From: a virus
Direction: 5' to 3' (one strand)
IMG/VR virus record: IMGVR_UViG_3300047157_000171
Length of the DNA stretch: 64,000 nt
Made by a program: the position numbers and the translations under genes. Of the stretch, positions 63,740 to 64,000 are shown one piece after another (position 1 is the stretch's first letter; every line of letters starts with the position of its first letter). Under the pieces are notes generated by a model. The model made no database searches and had not been told where the DNA came from. It worked only from the letters and a program-made list of their open reading frames with translations.

Positions 63740-64000
63740 ATGTTAGATAAAGATAAATTGGAAAATCCAAAGATAAAGATAGTGTGGGAAGACGTTGCTG
63801 AGTCATTTACTCAAGAACGAATCGCTCGTATTAAATCTTATTTTGCGAAGAAGTACAAATCAAAGAATGTTACGGTTGTGACCAAAGTAGTGGTATCCAA
63901 AAATGAAACAAAATTGGATTCCATTGATATGGCTGATAATATCTTAGACACACAATACCAAAAAGAGTTGGTAAAGGACTACATAAAGACTAATGAGATT
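63740..64000 (+). CDS. 3'-truncated CDS, probably the N-terminus of the SbcC/gp46 recombination ATPase
   Basis: Open frame MLDKDKLENPKIKIVWEDVAESFTQERI... to the window end. The call rests on recalled homolog N-termini and the nearby sbcD. Confidence 0.4.
   Translation, partial: MLDKDKLENPKIKIVWEDVAESFTQERIARIKSYFAKKYKSKNVTVVTKVVVSKNETKLDSIDMADNILDTQYQKELVKDYIKTNEI

Noticed and set aside
1-64000. Alternative genetic code (TAG/TGA recoding) to explain broken genes
   Set aside because: Conserved genes are intact in code 11 and use TAA, TAG and TGA as true stops. The broken fragments lie in different frames, so readthrough cannot join them.
1-64000. tRNA/rRNA genes
   Set aside because: Intergenic gaps are short and show no cloverleaf or T-loop (GTTCRA) context.

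Overview
This is a 64-kb segment of a large, AT-rich, contractile-tailed (T4-like myovirus / jumbo-type) phage genome. All credible genes are on the + strand and read in the standard code. Bacteroidota-type promoters (TTTG-N~20-TAnnTTTG) point to a Bacteroidota host. Gene order: tape measure (5'-truncated); tube/baseplate hub module; gp32-like SSB, UvsX, RNase H-like exonuclease, DnaB, NrdB/NrdA; baseplate wedge and several large virion proteins; three virion proteins with mucin-like Thr/Ser repeats and Cys-rich modules; six genes encoding seven glycosyltransferase-like domains; RuvC, primase, a lysyl-hydroxylase-like 2OG-Fe(II) oxygenase, SbcD; a lysis region; a GNA1-like acetyltransferase; an early-gene block; and the start of a probable SbcC/gp46. 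The main candidate novel system is phage-encoded O-glycosylation of mucin-like virion proteins. It would include a glycosyltransferase resembling plant GT95/GT96 protein O-glycosyltransferases, a PLOD-like hydroxylase, a GNA1-like donor-supply enzyme and LicD-like nucleotidyltransferase domains. Several structural genes are broken by single-base homopolymer indels, most likely long-read errors. All family assignments come from motif recognition by eye and need HMM or structure confirmation.
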